From Abditibacterium sp. (GTDB lineage Bacteria; Armatimonadota; Abditibacteriia; Abditibacteriales; Abditibacteriaceae), in contig OZ251992.1 in assembly GCA_965246885.1 (NCBI GenBank), positions 512,001-576,000 of the forward strand: 64,000 nucleotides of DNA. Direction: 5' to 3'. The translations under genes and the position numbers were made by a program. This document shows, piece after piece, positions 8,114 through 17,908 of this stretch; positions within the stretch are counted from its first letter, which is position 1; each line of letters starts with the position of its first letter. The notes under the pieces were generated by a model. The model was not told where the DNA came from. It saw nothing but the letters and a program-made list of their open reading frames with translations, and searched no databases.

Positions 8114-11100
8114 TTAGTGTGACGGCGTGGCGCGGGCTTGGATGTCGCGCAGGATGGCGGCGAGTTGGTCGGCGCCCGATGGGAAAAGGCCCAACGCGCC
8201 GGAGGGGTGGGCGTGGGTAAACGGTTGGGCGATGAGTTGCCCCGGTTCGACGATGCCGTTTTGCGCGAGCAGGTCGAGGAGTTGGCCAATGAAATCCATC
8301 TGCGCCGCCGTGAAAGTGGCGCCGTCCAAGAAGGCGCCGAAAGCCTTTTTTGCTGCCGCGCGGTCGAGGCCCACGACGGAGCGCACGAATTCGCCCAGCT
8401 TGGGTTGCGGGCCAAAGTACGCCTCGTAGTCGGCGCGCGAGGGGAAGCCGGACGCGCCGAAAATCATCTCGTCCAAGAGCGCCCACTCGTCGGGCGCGAG
8501 CGGCTCGTTCTCGTGCAGTTTGCGAATGGCGGGGTGGTGTCGCTGCGACTCTATCCAAGCGCGGACGCGCTTGCGATAGTCTACGAAGGCAGGCGAAGGC
8601 GCAAGTCCGGCGTGTTCGACGAGTCGCACGTTCGAGTCCTCAAAGTCGGTGTACACCGGCAGGCGTGCGCTTTTGTCGGCGAAACCGACGAGGTCGCGCA
8701 TCCCCCGGCGCAGCGTTTCAAGAGCCGGGAGGGAAGCGTTTCGCCACCATTCGTCCTCCGTGACTTCCACGAGGAGCGGCTCCTTCGCGCGGACATCGGG
8801 GAGGGTGGCGGCTTTTTCGAGCAGGTTCTGCGCGAGGTCGCGCACCTCCTTTTGTAAGGGCGCCCACTCCTTCGAGGCGTGCAACAGCGCGAGTTGCAAG
8901 CGCAAGCACGTCAGGTCGAAGCGGCGCGCGAGCGGCTCATCGGAGGGCAGTTCGGTCGGGAGCGCGGCGAGGTGCGCTTTGATTTCGTCCGCGTCGGTGT
9001 CGGAGATGGTCTCCCAACGCGCGCGGTCGTTCCAGCGCTCAACTTGGCGCCCATGCGCCCGCACCACGAAGTTGTCGCGGTTCATGGCCGCAACCTCGGC
9101 GTGCAGGGCGTCCGCCCACTCGCGGCGCAACTCCGCCAACTCCGGCCCCATCTGTCCCGTCAGGCGCAGTAGTTCGACGCGCCGCTCAAAGATGCGCTGG
9201 TCTAAACCCACTTGGGCGGGCGCCTCGATGCCTTCGGGCTTGGCCTCGAAAAATTCCAAGTTGCCGCAAAAATCGAAGACGAAGAACTCCCTTTTATCTA
9301 CGCCCACGTCCAATAGGTCAGGGCACAAGCGCGTGCCGCGTCCGATCATCTGGGCGAACTTGGTCTTGGAACGCACCGGTTTGAAGAACACGAGGTTGAC
9401 GATTTCGGGCACGTCTATGCCGGTGTCGAGCATGTCCACCGAGATGGCGATGGTCGGCTGCTTGTTGGGGGTGGAGAAGGCGTCAATGAGCGACTGCGCG
9501 CCGGTGATCTCGCTGTGAATGACGGACGCGAAGTGCCCCGCATAGCTGGGATAAGCGAGGTTGAACCGCTCGCAAATGAACTCGGCATGCTTTTGGTTGC
9601 GCGCGAAGATGATGGTCTTGCCCAACTGCGCGCCGCCGCCCACCTTGAGGCCGCTCGTCATCAGGGTTTTGAGGACTTTGTCCACCGTGTCGGCGTTGAA
9701 CAGCCACGCATTGACGGCGGCGGAGGGCACTTCGTCGGGGGCGCCCTCCTCGCCCCATTCGCGCTCGTCCCACTCGGCTTTCTCTTCGTCGGGCAACTGC
9801 GCGTATTTGATGCCCTCCATCGGGAACTTCAAGTGCCCCGCGAACAGCTTCGCCGGAACGAGGAATCCGTCGCTGACGGCTTCTTCCATCTCGTAAAAGG
9901 AAGTGGGGGCGCCCTTTTTGAGGTCGAAGAGTTTGTAGGTGTCCTTGTCCACTTCGTCGCGCGGCGTGGCGGTGAGGCCGAGCAGCAGGGAGTCGAAATA
10001 CTCGAAAATGGCGCCGTATTTCTGGTAAACACTCCGGTGCGCCTCGTCCACGACGACTAAATCGAAGTGCCCGACGCCAAAGCGCCGCGCGGCGTCGGCA
10101 TCCTTGCCTTCGATGAGGTTCATCATCGTCGGATAGGTGCAACACAACACGCGCGCGCCCGTCTCGGCCTTGTCCTCGACCAAGTTCTGCGGCGATGAGG
10201 AGGGCAGATGCTTCTTAAATTGCTTCCACGCTTGATCTACGAGCGCCTTTCTGTCGGCCAGAAACAACACCCGCTTTGCCCATCCCGCGTTCATCAGCAT
10301 GTCCACGAGCGCGATGGTGGTACGCGTTTTTCCCGTCCCGGTCGCCATGACGAGCAAGCCTTTGCGGTGCCTGTTTTCGAGATGCTCGCCCCACGCCCGA
10401 ATCGCGCGGGTTTGATAGGCGCGGCCGGCGATGCTCTGGTTAATCGCCACACTTCCGAGCGCCACCCGCGTCGTCCGTTGCCCGACCAGCCGCTCCAACT
10501 CGGCCTTCGAGTAAAAGCCTTGAACCTGTCGCGGCGGGTAGCCGTTGCCCTCGTCCCACAGATAATGCTCATAGCCATTGGAATAGAACACGACGGGACG
10601 GCGCCCGAACTTGGCCGCGAGGCAGTCGGCGTATTGCCGCGCTTGCTCCTGCCCGTCGTGCGGCGACTTGCTCGCGCGCTTGGCTTCGACGACCGCGAGC
10701 GGCAACCCGTCGTCGCCCCACAGGACGTAATCCACGCGTCCGTTGCCCGATTCGCTCGGCATCCCCTCGACGGGAAACTCGCGGTCGCGCGGGTCGGCGA
10801 GCAGCCAACCGGCCTCGCGCAGCAGCACATCAATCAAAATCTCTCGCGTTTTGGCTTCGGAATAATCGTGGGTATCGGGCGTTTCGAGCGACTTCTTCTT
10901 GGCGAGCGCCAATTCCTGCCGAAGTTCTTCGATCTCGGCTTCGCTTTGCGAGAGGCGCGTGCGGTAATCCTCGCGCTCGCCCCGAAGCTGCTGCGCCAAC
11001 GCTTCGACCTGCGCCCGACTCGTCGCCACTACCTTACCAATCGAAGGCGGCAACTTTTGCGGCTCAAACGCGAGCGAGTCGGCGGGCTTTTGCTTCGCGT

Positions 11101-11464
11101 AAGTGCGCGCCACCCAGAAGAACAAATGGAACAACTCGCCCACGATGCTCCGCGCCAACTCGCCATCGGGCGGCAACGCGCCGTGAACCGCCTCGTTGCC
11201 CACGCGCTGCAGCAAGCGCGCTTTCTCGTGGACGGCTTTGGGGAAAAAGCGCAGCGCCCCCAATTCGCGTAGGTTGTCGCCGAGCGAATCATACGGCGTG
11301 GGCAGCGATTGGTCGTGGTCAAACAACCACTCCACGCCCACTTCGAGCGCCCGCCGCGCATAAAAACATGCCGCGCGCGGGTCGGAGTTCGCATAGTTCT
11401 CGGCAGTGCGCGCGGCAGCGAAAAGGTCGGGAAACTCCGTTTGAAGGAAGAGGAAATTGCTCAT
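8114..11464 (-). CDS. hsdR: Type I restriction enzyme R subunit (EcoAI/EcoEI-like)
   Basis: Nuclease DYVL...VVEAK, Walker A MATGTGKT, DEAHRS, GLTATP, QMIGRGTRLC. Confidence 0.95.
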   Translation of the reverse strand: MSNFLFLQTEFPDLFAAARTAENYANSDPRAACFYARRALEVGVEWLFDHDQSLPTPYDSLGDNLRELGALRFFPKAVHEKARLLQRVGNEAVHGALPPDGELARSIVGELFHLFFWVARTYAKQKPADSLAFEPQKLPPSIGKVVATSRAQVEALAQQLRGEREDYRTRLSQSEAEIEELRQELALAKKKSLETPDTHDYSEAKTREILIDVLLREAGWLLADPRDREFPVEGMPSESGNGRVDYVLWGDDGLPLAVVEAKRASKSPHDGQEQARQYADCLAAKFGRRPVVFYSNGYEHYLWDEGNGYPPRQVQGFYSKAELERLVGQRTTRVALGSVAINQSIAGRAYQTRAIRAWGEHLENRHRKGLLVMATGTGKTRTTIALVDMLMNAGWAKRVLFLADRKALVDQAWKQFKKHLPSSSPQNLVEDKAETGARVLCCTYPTMMNLIEGKDADAARRFGVGHFDLVVVDEAHRSVYQKYGAIFEYFDSLLLGLTATPRDEVDKDTYKLFDLKKGAPTSFYEMEEAVSDGFLVPAKLFAGHLKFPMEGIKYAQLPDEEKAEWDEREWGEEGAPDEVPSAAVNAWLFNADTVDKVLKTLMTSGLKVGGGAQLGKTIIFARNQKHAEFICERFNLAYPSYAGHFASVIHSEITGAQSLIDAFSTPNKQPTIAISVDMLDTGIDVPEIVNLVFFKPVRSKTKFAQMIGRGTRLCPDLLDVGVDKREFFVFDFCGNLEFFEAKPEGIEAPAQVGLDQRIFERRVELLRLTGQMGPELAELRREWADALHAEVAAMNRDNFVVRAHGRQVERWNDRARWETISDTDADEIKAHLAALPTELPSDEPLARRFDLTCLRLQLALLHASKEWAPLQKEVRDLAQNLLEKAATLPDVRAKEPLLVEVTEDEWWRNASLPALETLRRGMRDLVGFADKSARLPVYTDFEDSNVRLVEHAGLAPSPAFVDYRKRVRAWIESQRHHPAIRKLHENEPLAPDEWALLDEMIFGASGFPSRADYEAYFGPQPKLGEFVRSVVGLDRAAAKKAFGAFLDGATFTAAQMDFIGQLLDLLAQNGIVEPGQLIAQPFTHAHPSGALGLFPSGADQLAAILRDIQARATPSH

Positions 11465-11470
11465 GGCGGG

Positions 11471-12157
11471 TTAAAAGAGTTTGTCGTCGCCGCACGCGGC
11501 GTCAAGGGCTTCGAGGAGGAGATGAACGTCGGTGCCGGGGTTGGCGGGCGGGGTTTGGGTCGAGTTGCCGCACAAACGCTTGGCTCGCCCGATGGCATCC
11601 CGAATGAGAGGGTGCAACAAGTCAAAATCGAAATCCTTTTTCCCGTAACCACGCCGCTCTGTGTTTTTCCACTTGGTGCGGATGTGCGATACGACCTCTT
11701 TACATCCCTTCCAAGGGGCAAGGACTTCCTCGGTGTGAAGCAAAATCCACAGCTCAAAGCATGGATTGGAAAACACAACAGAAAACGCTTGTTGGCTGCA
11801 AAGGGCAAGGGCGCGCTCCGTTCCCGTTCGGTGCCCTTTCTTGAAATGGTGGTCAACGTCCAGCACAATCCACACGTCGTCGCTGTCTTCCACTTCCAAC
11901 TGTTTGAGCGCGCGTTCCACCGTCTGAAGCGGGCTGGAAAGGTCGTGGGCGTCGCGCGATTGTTGGGGTGTCAGGGGCCGCAACGCCAACACGCGGATGT
12001 CGTCGCGCCCCTTGACCAACTCCTCGAAATAAATCGCTTCGCTGTGCCCGCCACAGGCAATAATGAAAAGCGGAATCGCTTCCGGCTCGGCTTCAACGGG
12101 CGCAACCTCTTTCGGGTCGCTCTGAGAAGACGGGCGAACTAACTCAGGACGCGGCAA
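11471..12157 (-). CDS. RloB-like (TOPRIM-fold) protein
   Basis: SEAIYF, VWIVLDVD, SNPCFELWILLH, NPGTDVHLL; overlaps the upstream ATPase by 14 nt. Confidence 0.85.
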   Translation of the reverse strand: MPRPELVRPSSQSDPKEVAPVEAEPEAIPLFIIACGGHSEAIYFEELVKGRDDIRVLALRPLTPQQSRDAHDLSSPLQTVERALKQLEVEDSDDVWIVLDVDHHFKKGHRTGTERALALCSQQAFSVVFSNPCFELWILLHTEEVLAPWKGCKEVVSHIRTKWKNTERRGYGKKDFDFDLLHPLIRDAIGRAKRLCGNSTQTPPANPGTDVHLLLEALDAACGDDKLF

Positions 12158-13538
12158 TGGCGTTCACCTCGCTCGCTTCCGCCGCGTTTTCATCCTCGTC
12201 TTCTTCCATCAAGGAAAACATCCGGTAGCTCAGTTCCGGCCCGCCGCCGCCGATGCGCCCCAACTCATACGCCTTTTCATACGAGCGGTCATTGCGAATC
12301 GGGTATTCGTTGAGCCGCTCCAACGTCGTGCGGTTCTGCTTTTTGCGCGCGAAGAAAATCTCGTCGCGGCGCAGGAGCAGCGAATCGAGCAGCGCCGTTT
12401 CGTGCGTCGTGAAAATCAGTTGGTTGCCCAAAACCGGCGACTGTTGCGCTAACTCCACCAAGCGCCGCGTGAGTTTGGGATGAAAGCGGCGCTCGATTTC
12501 GTCTATGACGAACACGGTCGGCGCATCTTTCATCCGAAACAGCCCCGCCAACAAGTGGATAAGGCGCTGCGTGCCAGATGACTCCCAATCAAGCGGGAAT
12601 TCCGCGTCGCTTCCATCGTCTTTCTTGTGGCAGGCCACCAACTCTAAAAACCACAACTGGCCCTCATCGTCTTTTTCGATTGCCGCCGGGGTGTAGTCTT
12701 TGAGCAGAGTAAGGCTCGTGCCCGGTTCGAGCGCGGCCAGTCGCTCTTCCAAATCATCGGGGTCTGCTTCAACCCACTCCTTTTTGAAAGGACGGCGCTT
12801 TGGCACTAAGCAATCAATTCCCGTGTCGGCAAACTTCAAAAACTCCGAAAGGAACTCCAAAAACTCCTGTCGTTTGTGAGCTACGGTTGCCAACGTTTCC
12901 ATTTTCGCCTCAGCATGGGCGATAACCAAAACCTCTCGAAACCACTCTTCCAAGGGTTTGATAGATTGGCTGTTGCTGTCTATAAAACGCCAAAGCACCA
13001 ACTCGTCTTCGGGCAAACGTCCGGGTTTTGTCGAGAGTTCGAGGAGTTGTGCCTCGTCTTTAGGGAGAGATTTCAAGAACGCTGGCCCCCACTTGACCTT
13101 CGTCTGTTTGTCTGCATCGGTTGTGCGCTCGAACCACTTCTGCTCTTTGCCGCCGTTTTGGTCTTGCACAAAAAGATACTCCTCGGCGACGCGCTGGCCG
13201 TTGACCTCGAAGCCGTAATTCCACAGCCGCGCCTCGTAAAGAAAAGACCAATGAAAGCCAGAAGGGCGTTCTATTTCGCCAGACAACCGAAAGCGAGAGC
13301 GTGCCCGAATAGTTGCCCCACGCTGACGCATAATCAAATCCCGCGCAAACCCCATCGCCAAAACCAAATTGCTCTTGCCCGCCGCGTTTGCGCCGTAGAT
13401 GGCGGCTGTTCGCACGGCGCTGTATTTTCCGAGCGCCATGACGTGCGAGGGGTGGTCTTTGTCGCCGCCTGCGCGCATCGAGAACGCGGTCGGCTCGTCG
13501 AAGGATTTGAAGTTGGAGGCGGTGAACTGAAGTAGCAT
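12144..13538 (-). CDS. AAA_21/ABC-type ATPase (RloA/AbiLi-like)
   Basis: NFKSF, IYGANAAGKSN (Walker A), ESSGTQR, VIDEIERRFHP, QLIFTTH, LRRDEIFF. Confidence 0.9.
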   Translation of the reverse strand: MLLQFTASNFKSFDEPTAFSMRAGGDKDHPSHVMALGKYSAVRTAAIYGANAAGKSNLVLAMGFARDLIMRQRGATIRARSRFRLSGEIERPSGFHWSFLYEARLWNYGFEVNGQRVAEEYLFVQDQNGGKEQKWFERTTDADKQTKVKWGPAFLKSLPKDEAQLLELSTKPGRLPEDELVLWRFIDSNSQSIKPLEEWFREVLVIAHAEAKMETLATVAHKRQEFLEFLSEFLKFADTGIDCLVPKRRPFKKEWVEADPDDLEERLAALEPGTSLTLLKDYTPAAIEKDDEGQLWFLELVACHKKDDGSDAEFPLDWESSGTQRLIHLLAGLFRMKDAPTVFVIDEIERRFHPKLTRRLVELAQQSPVLGNQLIFTTHETALLDSLLLRRDEIFFARKKQNRTTLERLNEYPIRNDRSYEKAYELGRIGGGGPELSYRMFSLMEEDEDENAAEASEVNAIAAS

Positions 13539-13559
13539 GACACCCTAAAATATAAACGA

Positions 13560-13601
13560 AAACGCCCATCCGTGCGGGAAAACCGCAGTAGATGGGCGTT
13601 T
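13560..13601 (-). terminator. Terminator-like hairpin
   Basis: AAACGCCCATC...GATGGGCGTTT with a U-rich tail on the minus strand. Confidence 0.6.
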
Positions 13602-13621
13602 GTCGGCGGAATCGGCCCCCT

Positions 13622-14317
13622 TTACGCCAGTGTCGCTATGGTTTGGGTGAGGGACATTTTGCCGTCGCCTTGGATGCCGTCGGTTGACCATTCGACGGCG
13701 TAGTTGCGGACTTCGGAAATGTTGAGATTGGCGTTGGGGCGCGTGTCCACGTAGTGGGTGCCCGCGACTTTATCCAGCAGCGACAGTTGTTGTTCTCCCG
13801 CGCGCATCGAATAGATGAACACCATTTTCGCGCCGCCGCGCCGGAAGGTTAGCCCGACTTGGCCGTGCATCATCGGGTCGAGGCTCATAATTTCGGGCAC
13901 GACGGTGGAAACCGGCGCGAGGGGCACCAAGCCGAGCGCGATTTTTTCGGCGTCGCTGGCGGTGGGCAGAATCTTGACGTTGATGATTTGCGCCATGCGC
14001 TTGAAGATGCCGCTTTGCGCGACGGGCGGCGGTGTGGACGGCGTGAACGCGGGATATGGCTGGCCGCTCGGTGTGGCGTCGGTGTCGAGTTGGTCGGCGT
14101 ATGAGGTGACGGCTTTCGAGAAAGTGCGCGTGTAATTGACCAGCCCGACGCGCGCATAAGACAGCGCCATCGCCGAGTTGTGGATGTCGAGCAACTCTTC
14201 TTGCAGCAGGTTGAACTTGGTCGCAAAGGGCGGAATGGCCGTAGCGAAGTTGACGAGCCAGTTCATGCGGTCAATGCTGCCAACGGGCAGATACGGCGCG
14301 TAAAAGAAGGTGGACAT
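13622..14317 (-). CDS. Hypothetical protein (helical N-terminus, beta-rich C-terminus)
   Basis: 231-aa ORF with normal composition; C-terminal YVDTRP...EVRNY looks beta-sandwich-like. Confidence 0.7.
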   Translation of the reverse strand: MSTFFYAPYLPVGSIDRMNWLVNFATAIPPFATKFNLLQEELLDIHNSAMALSYARVGLVNYTRTFSKAVTSYADQLDTDATPSGQPYPAFTPSTPPPVAQSGIFKRMAQIINVKILPTASDAEKIALGLVPLAPVSTVVPEIMSLDPMMHGQVGLTFRRGGAKMVFIYSMRAGEQQLSLLDKVAGTHYVDTRPNANLNISEVRNYAVEWSTDGIQGDGKMSLTQTIATLA

Positions 14318-14376
14318 GGGTGTTGAGAACTCTCCGCCCCTTTGTATCCCTCATTTTGGGGCGTCGCGCTACTCTG

Positions 14377-14544
14377 GCGCGAGTTCGCGCGAGAGTCGCG
14401 CGGCTTCCCTCAAGAGCCGCGCGAGTTCGCGCGAGAGTCGCGCGGCTTCCCTCAAGAGTCGCGCGAGTTCGCGCGAGAGTCGCGCGAGTTCGCTCAAGAG
14501 CCGCGCGAGTTCGCGCGAGAGCCGCGCGAGTTCCTTCAAGAGTC
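14377..14544. repeat. Tandem array, 8 x 21 bp, alternating A/B units
   Basis: GCGCGAGTTCGCGCGAGAGTC alternating with GCGCGGCTTCCCTCAAGAGCC variants. Confidence 0.92.
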
Positions 14545-14586
14545 GCGCGAAGCCCCGAAAAGGTGGGATTGAGCGTGAATTGTGTC

Positions 14587-14712
14587 CGGAGAACGCTTGG
14601 CGCAGCCGGATGCCGGGGATTTTAGTTCCCCGTTGGTGTGTGGGCTGGTGGAATCGGGGATATGAAATCCCCGGCATCCGGGCGCAAGCGCCCAAGCGTC
14701 CTGCCGGACGCG
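14587..14712. repeat. REP/MITE-like palindromic element, copy A
   Basis: CCGGATGCCGGGGATTT...AAATCCCCGGCATCCGG arms; near-identical inverted copy at 17909-18027. Confidence 0.85.
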
Positions 14713-14725
14713 GCACGAGGGCGCC

Positions 14726-15856
14726 CTACAATTCCCCGCAAAACGCCCGCTCTTGCAGCGCCCCAAACAGCGCGTCGCTTTCCAACAGCGCCGCCCGCGC
14801 CGTCGCCTTGAGCGTTTCGATGGCCTCCACCCGCTCCGCGAACTGCTGTTGAAGCGGGAGGGGCGGGAGGGGGATTGGCAATCTCCGCAAGTCGTCGCCG
14901 CTTATGTTGATAAACGTGCTTCCGTTTCCCGTCGCCTGAAAATATGGGTAATAGATTTGGAGAACGAAGTAGACAAACTCGCGGCTGACGGTGGAGAATG
15001 GTCTCATTCGGATGGCGGCAACACCGCGCCCCAAACAGTAAGTTTTGTCGGCGATGTTCAAGCGCCCCGCCGTCGCCCCACGAACGCAAAAGAGAATGTC
15101 TCCGTCCTCGCATAGCTTGGTCGGCTCGGTCGTCCACTGCTTTTCGATGGGATAGCGCATCCCAAACTCGGTCGGCCCGTTCAGAAGTGGTTGCCCTTTG
15201 CCTTGGTCGTTGTAGGATGTTCCGGGCGGCGACTGCCCCATAACCAACTCCACCACGTTGCCCAATGAAGTCGCGCCTTCCGGCGCCTTTTTTTGCGATA
15301 CCTGCGCCAAGGGGTCGCCGAACATATCGCTGAAAAGGGCGGCGACGAGTTCATCGAGGCGTTGGAGCATTTGGGCGCGCAGTCGGCGCACGGCGTCGGC
15401 TTTGTCGAGGATGGACGCGAGGCGCTGCTGCTCGGAAAGGGGCGGGAGGGGGATTTCAATGTCTCGAATCTGCTTGACGGACAAGTGTTTAACGGTGACG
15501 AAGGGCGTCACATCCTCAATTTTCTTGAGAGCGGCGGGCAGAAAATAGAAGAGAAACCCGCCGTCTAATTTGCCGCAGGCGCAAATGCGGCAGACCCGTT
15601 GGTTCAACAGCGCCTTCTCGGATTTCCACTTGGCGCGGTTGAACTCTCCGTCCATCCCAATCAGGGTATCGCCGTCACTAACCAAATACCGCTCGTCGTA
15701 GGAGCCGGAGTAATATGTTTCCGAGAAGCCACGCACAACATCCCTAATCCGAGCGAGAGGCAACCCCTCGCCGTGCGTGTTGAACATCGTGGAATCGAAA
15801 GCAAAGCCGGAAAGAATTTCCGTCACCTCCCCCAATTTGACGGTTTGCCAGTTCAT
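14726..15856 (-). CDS. hsdS: Type I RM specificity subunit
   Basis: W..VKLGEV, two TRDs, IPLPPLSEQ and IPLPPLPLQ conserved repeats, AFCGEL end; overlaps the hsdM stop. Confidence 0.93.
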   Translation of the reverse strand: MNWQTVKLGEVTEILSGFAFDSTMFNTHGEGLPLARIRDVVRGFSETYYSGSYDERYLVSDGDTLIGMDGEFNRAKWKSEKALLNQRVCRICACGKLDGGFLFYFLPAALKKIEDVTPFVTVKHLSVKQIRDIEIPLPPLSEQQRLASILDKADAVRRLRAQMLQRLDELVAALFSDMFGDPLAQVSQKKAPEGATSLGNVVELVMGQSPPGTSYNDQGKGQPLLNGPTEFGMRYPIEKQWTTEPTKLCEDGDILFCVRGATAGRLNIADKTYCLGRGVAAIRMRPFSTVSREFVYFVLQIYYPYFQATGNGSTFINISGDDLRRLPIPLPPLPLQQQFAERVEAIETLKATARAALLESDALFGALQERAFCGEL

Positions 15857-17394
15857 GCGAGGAGTTCCTCCAGTTGGGCGAGTTGGGTTTGGATTTGGGC
15901 GTCGAGGGTGCGCAGGTCGGCGAGGAGTTCGGCGGGGGGGCGGTGGGCTTGGGTTTGGAGTTCGATGTGTTTGTAGCGGTTGAGGCTGAGGTCGTAGCCG
16001 TTGGCGGCGATTTCGGATTTGGGGACGAAGAAGGATTGGGCGGTGCGGGGGTTGACGGGGGGAGTGAGAGCGGGGCTACCGCCCTCTTCCAATCCTTCCA
16101 CCAAGCCCGATTGGAAGTGGGCGGTAGCCCCGCGCCACGCTTCCAGCACCGCCGGGATGTCGTTGTCGCGGGTGGGTTGGCGCTTGTCGTCGAGCGAGAA
16201 GCCGTCGGCTTTCATGTCGAAGAACCACACGTCGTCGGTGCCGCCCGCGCCGGTTTTGGTGAAGAGTAGGATGGCCGTCGAAACGCCCGCATACGGTTTG
16301 AAGACGCCCGACGGCATCGAGATGACGCCTTGCAAGCGGTGCTTTTCGACGAGGGTTTCGCGCATCGCGCGGTGCGCGCCCGAACTGCCGAACAAGACGC
16401 CATCGGGCACAATGACCGCCGCGCGGCCACCGGGTTTCAAGAGGCGCAGAAACAGCGCGAGAAAGAGCAGTTCGGTCTTCTTGGTCTTGACTTCGGCTTT
16501 GAGGTCGTTGGCGACGGCGCTCTCGTCCAAACTTCCGGCGAAAGGCGGGTTGGCGAGGATGACGTCGTAGGATTCGGCGTCGCCCGACGCGCCTTGCGAA
16601 AGGGAGTCGCGGTATTGGATGCGCGGGTTCTCGACGCCGTGCAAGGCCATGTTCATCGAGCCGATGCGCAGCATGGTGGCGTCGAAGTCGAAGCCGGTGA
16701 AAGCGTCGTTGTTCCAAAAGTGCGTGGTGTCGCCGTTGCGATGGATGGCATTGCCCCACGTCTTGCGCTCGTAGATGGCCGAGTACACGAGGAAGCCCGC
16801 CGTGCCGCAAGCGGGGTCGCACACGCGCTCGCCTGCGCGCGGCGCCATGAGCGCGACCATCATTTCGATGATGTGGCGCGGCGTGCGGAACTGCCCGTTG
16901 CGTCCCGCTTGCGAGAGTTTGGAAAGCAGGTATTCGTAGATGTCGCCCTTGGTGTCGAGGTAATCTTTCCCCGCCATGACGAGGCGTTGCGCTTCTAATT
17001 CGAGGCCGTCTATGAGTTCGACGACGCGCCCCAACAGCGCCGCCGTCGGAATGGTGAAGCGCGCGTCCTTCATGTTGGCGGTGTAGGAACTGCCGCCGAG
17101 CGTTCGCAGCCAAGGGAAGAGGTCGCGCGAGAAAAGCTCGAACTGCGCGTCCGGCGCGATGTTGTGGAAGCGGCTCCACCGGAACTTGCTCGACGCCGCG
17201 TCGAACAGGGAGTTCTCCAAGACGCCGCCCTCGATGCGCGCCCGTTGTTCGAGGGCAATCTGCGTGTCATCCAAACGCCGCAGGAAGAGCAGGTAGGTAA
17301 TCTGCTCGATGGTTTCGAGCGGGTTCGAGATGCCGCCGGTGTAGAACGCTTCCCAGACGGCATCTATCTTCGACTTGAGTTCGGGCGTGAGCAT
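15853..17394 (-). CDS. hsdM: Type I RM m6A methyltransferase subunit
   Basis: GQFRTPRHI, DPACGTAGFL, ILANPPF, VPDGVLFG, ADGFSLDDKR. Confidence 0.96.
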   Translation of the reverse strand: MLTPELKSKIDAVWEAFYTGGISNPLETIEQITYLLFLRRLDDTQIALEQRARIEGGVLENSLFDAASSKFRWSRFHNIAPDAQFELFSRDLFPWLRTLGGSSYTANMKDARFTIPTAALLGRVVELIDGLELEAQRLVMAGKDYLDTKGDIYEYLLSKLSQAGRNGQFRTPRHIIEMMVALMAPRAGERVCDPACGTAGFLVYSAIYERKTWGNAIHRNGDTTHFWNNDAFTGFDFDATMLRIGSMNMALHGVENPRIQYRDSLSQGASGDAESYDVILANPPFAGSLDESAVANDLKAEVKTKKTELLFLALFLRLLKPGGRAAVIVPDGVLFGSSGAHRAMRETLVEKHRLQGVISMPSGVFKPYAGVSTAILLFTKTGAGGTDDVWFFDMKADGFSLDDKRQPTRDNDIPAVLEAWRGATAHFQSGLVEGLEEGGSPALTPPVNPRTAQSFFVPKSEIAANGYDLSLNRYKHIELQTQAHRPPAELLADLRTLDAQIQTQLAQLEELLA

Positions 17395-17430
17395 GAGGGC
17401 GCGAGTTTAAGGGGCGGCGCGCGGCCTCCT

Positions 17431-17889
17431 TCACAAGTCGAAGTGCACGTTGATCCACTCGCCGTCCAAGCGGGCGCCGAAGTGCTCGTAGAACCCCTGC
17501 GCGGGCATGTTCCAATCGAGCACCTGCCACATCAGCCCGGTGCAAGCGGCGTCTCTGGCGGTTTGAATGGTCGCTTCCAGAAGCGCCTTGCCGACGCCAC
17601 CCCCGCGCGCGGACTCGGTGACGATGAGGTCTTCGAGATACAACTGCTTGCCGCTCCACGTCGAGTAGCGAAAGTAGCACAGCGCCATCCCGACGACCGC
17701 GCCGCCCGACTCGGCAACCAGAAAGTGAAAGAGCGGCGCCTCGCCAAAGCCGTCGCGCTCCAACTGTTCGGGCGTGGTTTGCACCTTGTCGCGCGCGTTC
17801 TCGAAGGTGGCGAGTTCGCAGATGAGTTCAAACGCGCGCGGAACATCGGCGCGCACGCCGGGGCGGATGTGGACGGAAGCAGGGTTCAC
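17431..17889 (-). CDS. GNAT N-acetyltransferase (diamine acetyltransferase-like)
   Basis: YSTWSG..LYLEDL.V...RGGGVG, WQVLDWN.PA..FY. Confidence 0.88.
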   Translation of the reverse strand: MNPASVHIRPGVRADVPRAFELICELATFENARDKVQTTPEQLERDGFGEAPLFHFLVAESGGAVVGMALCYFRYSTWSGKQLYLEDLIVTESARGGGVGKALLEATIQTARDAACTGLMWQVLDWNMPAQGFYEHFGARLDGEWINVHFDL

Positions 17890-17908
17890 GTGGGAAAGTG
17901 TGCGGCGT

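Noticed and set aside
14310..14852. Repetitive ORFs (SRASSRE..., RELARLS...)
   Set aside because: Open only because 21-bp repeats lack stops; all frames look equally open.
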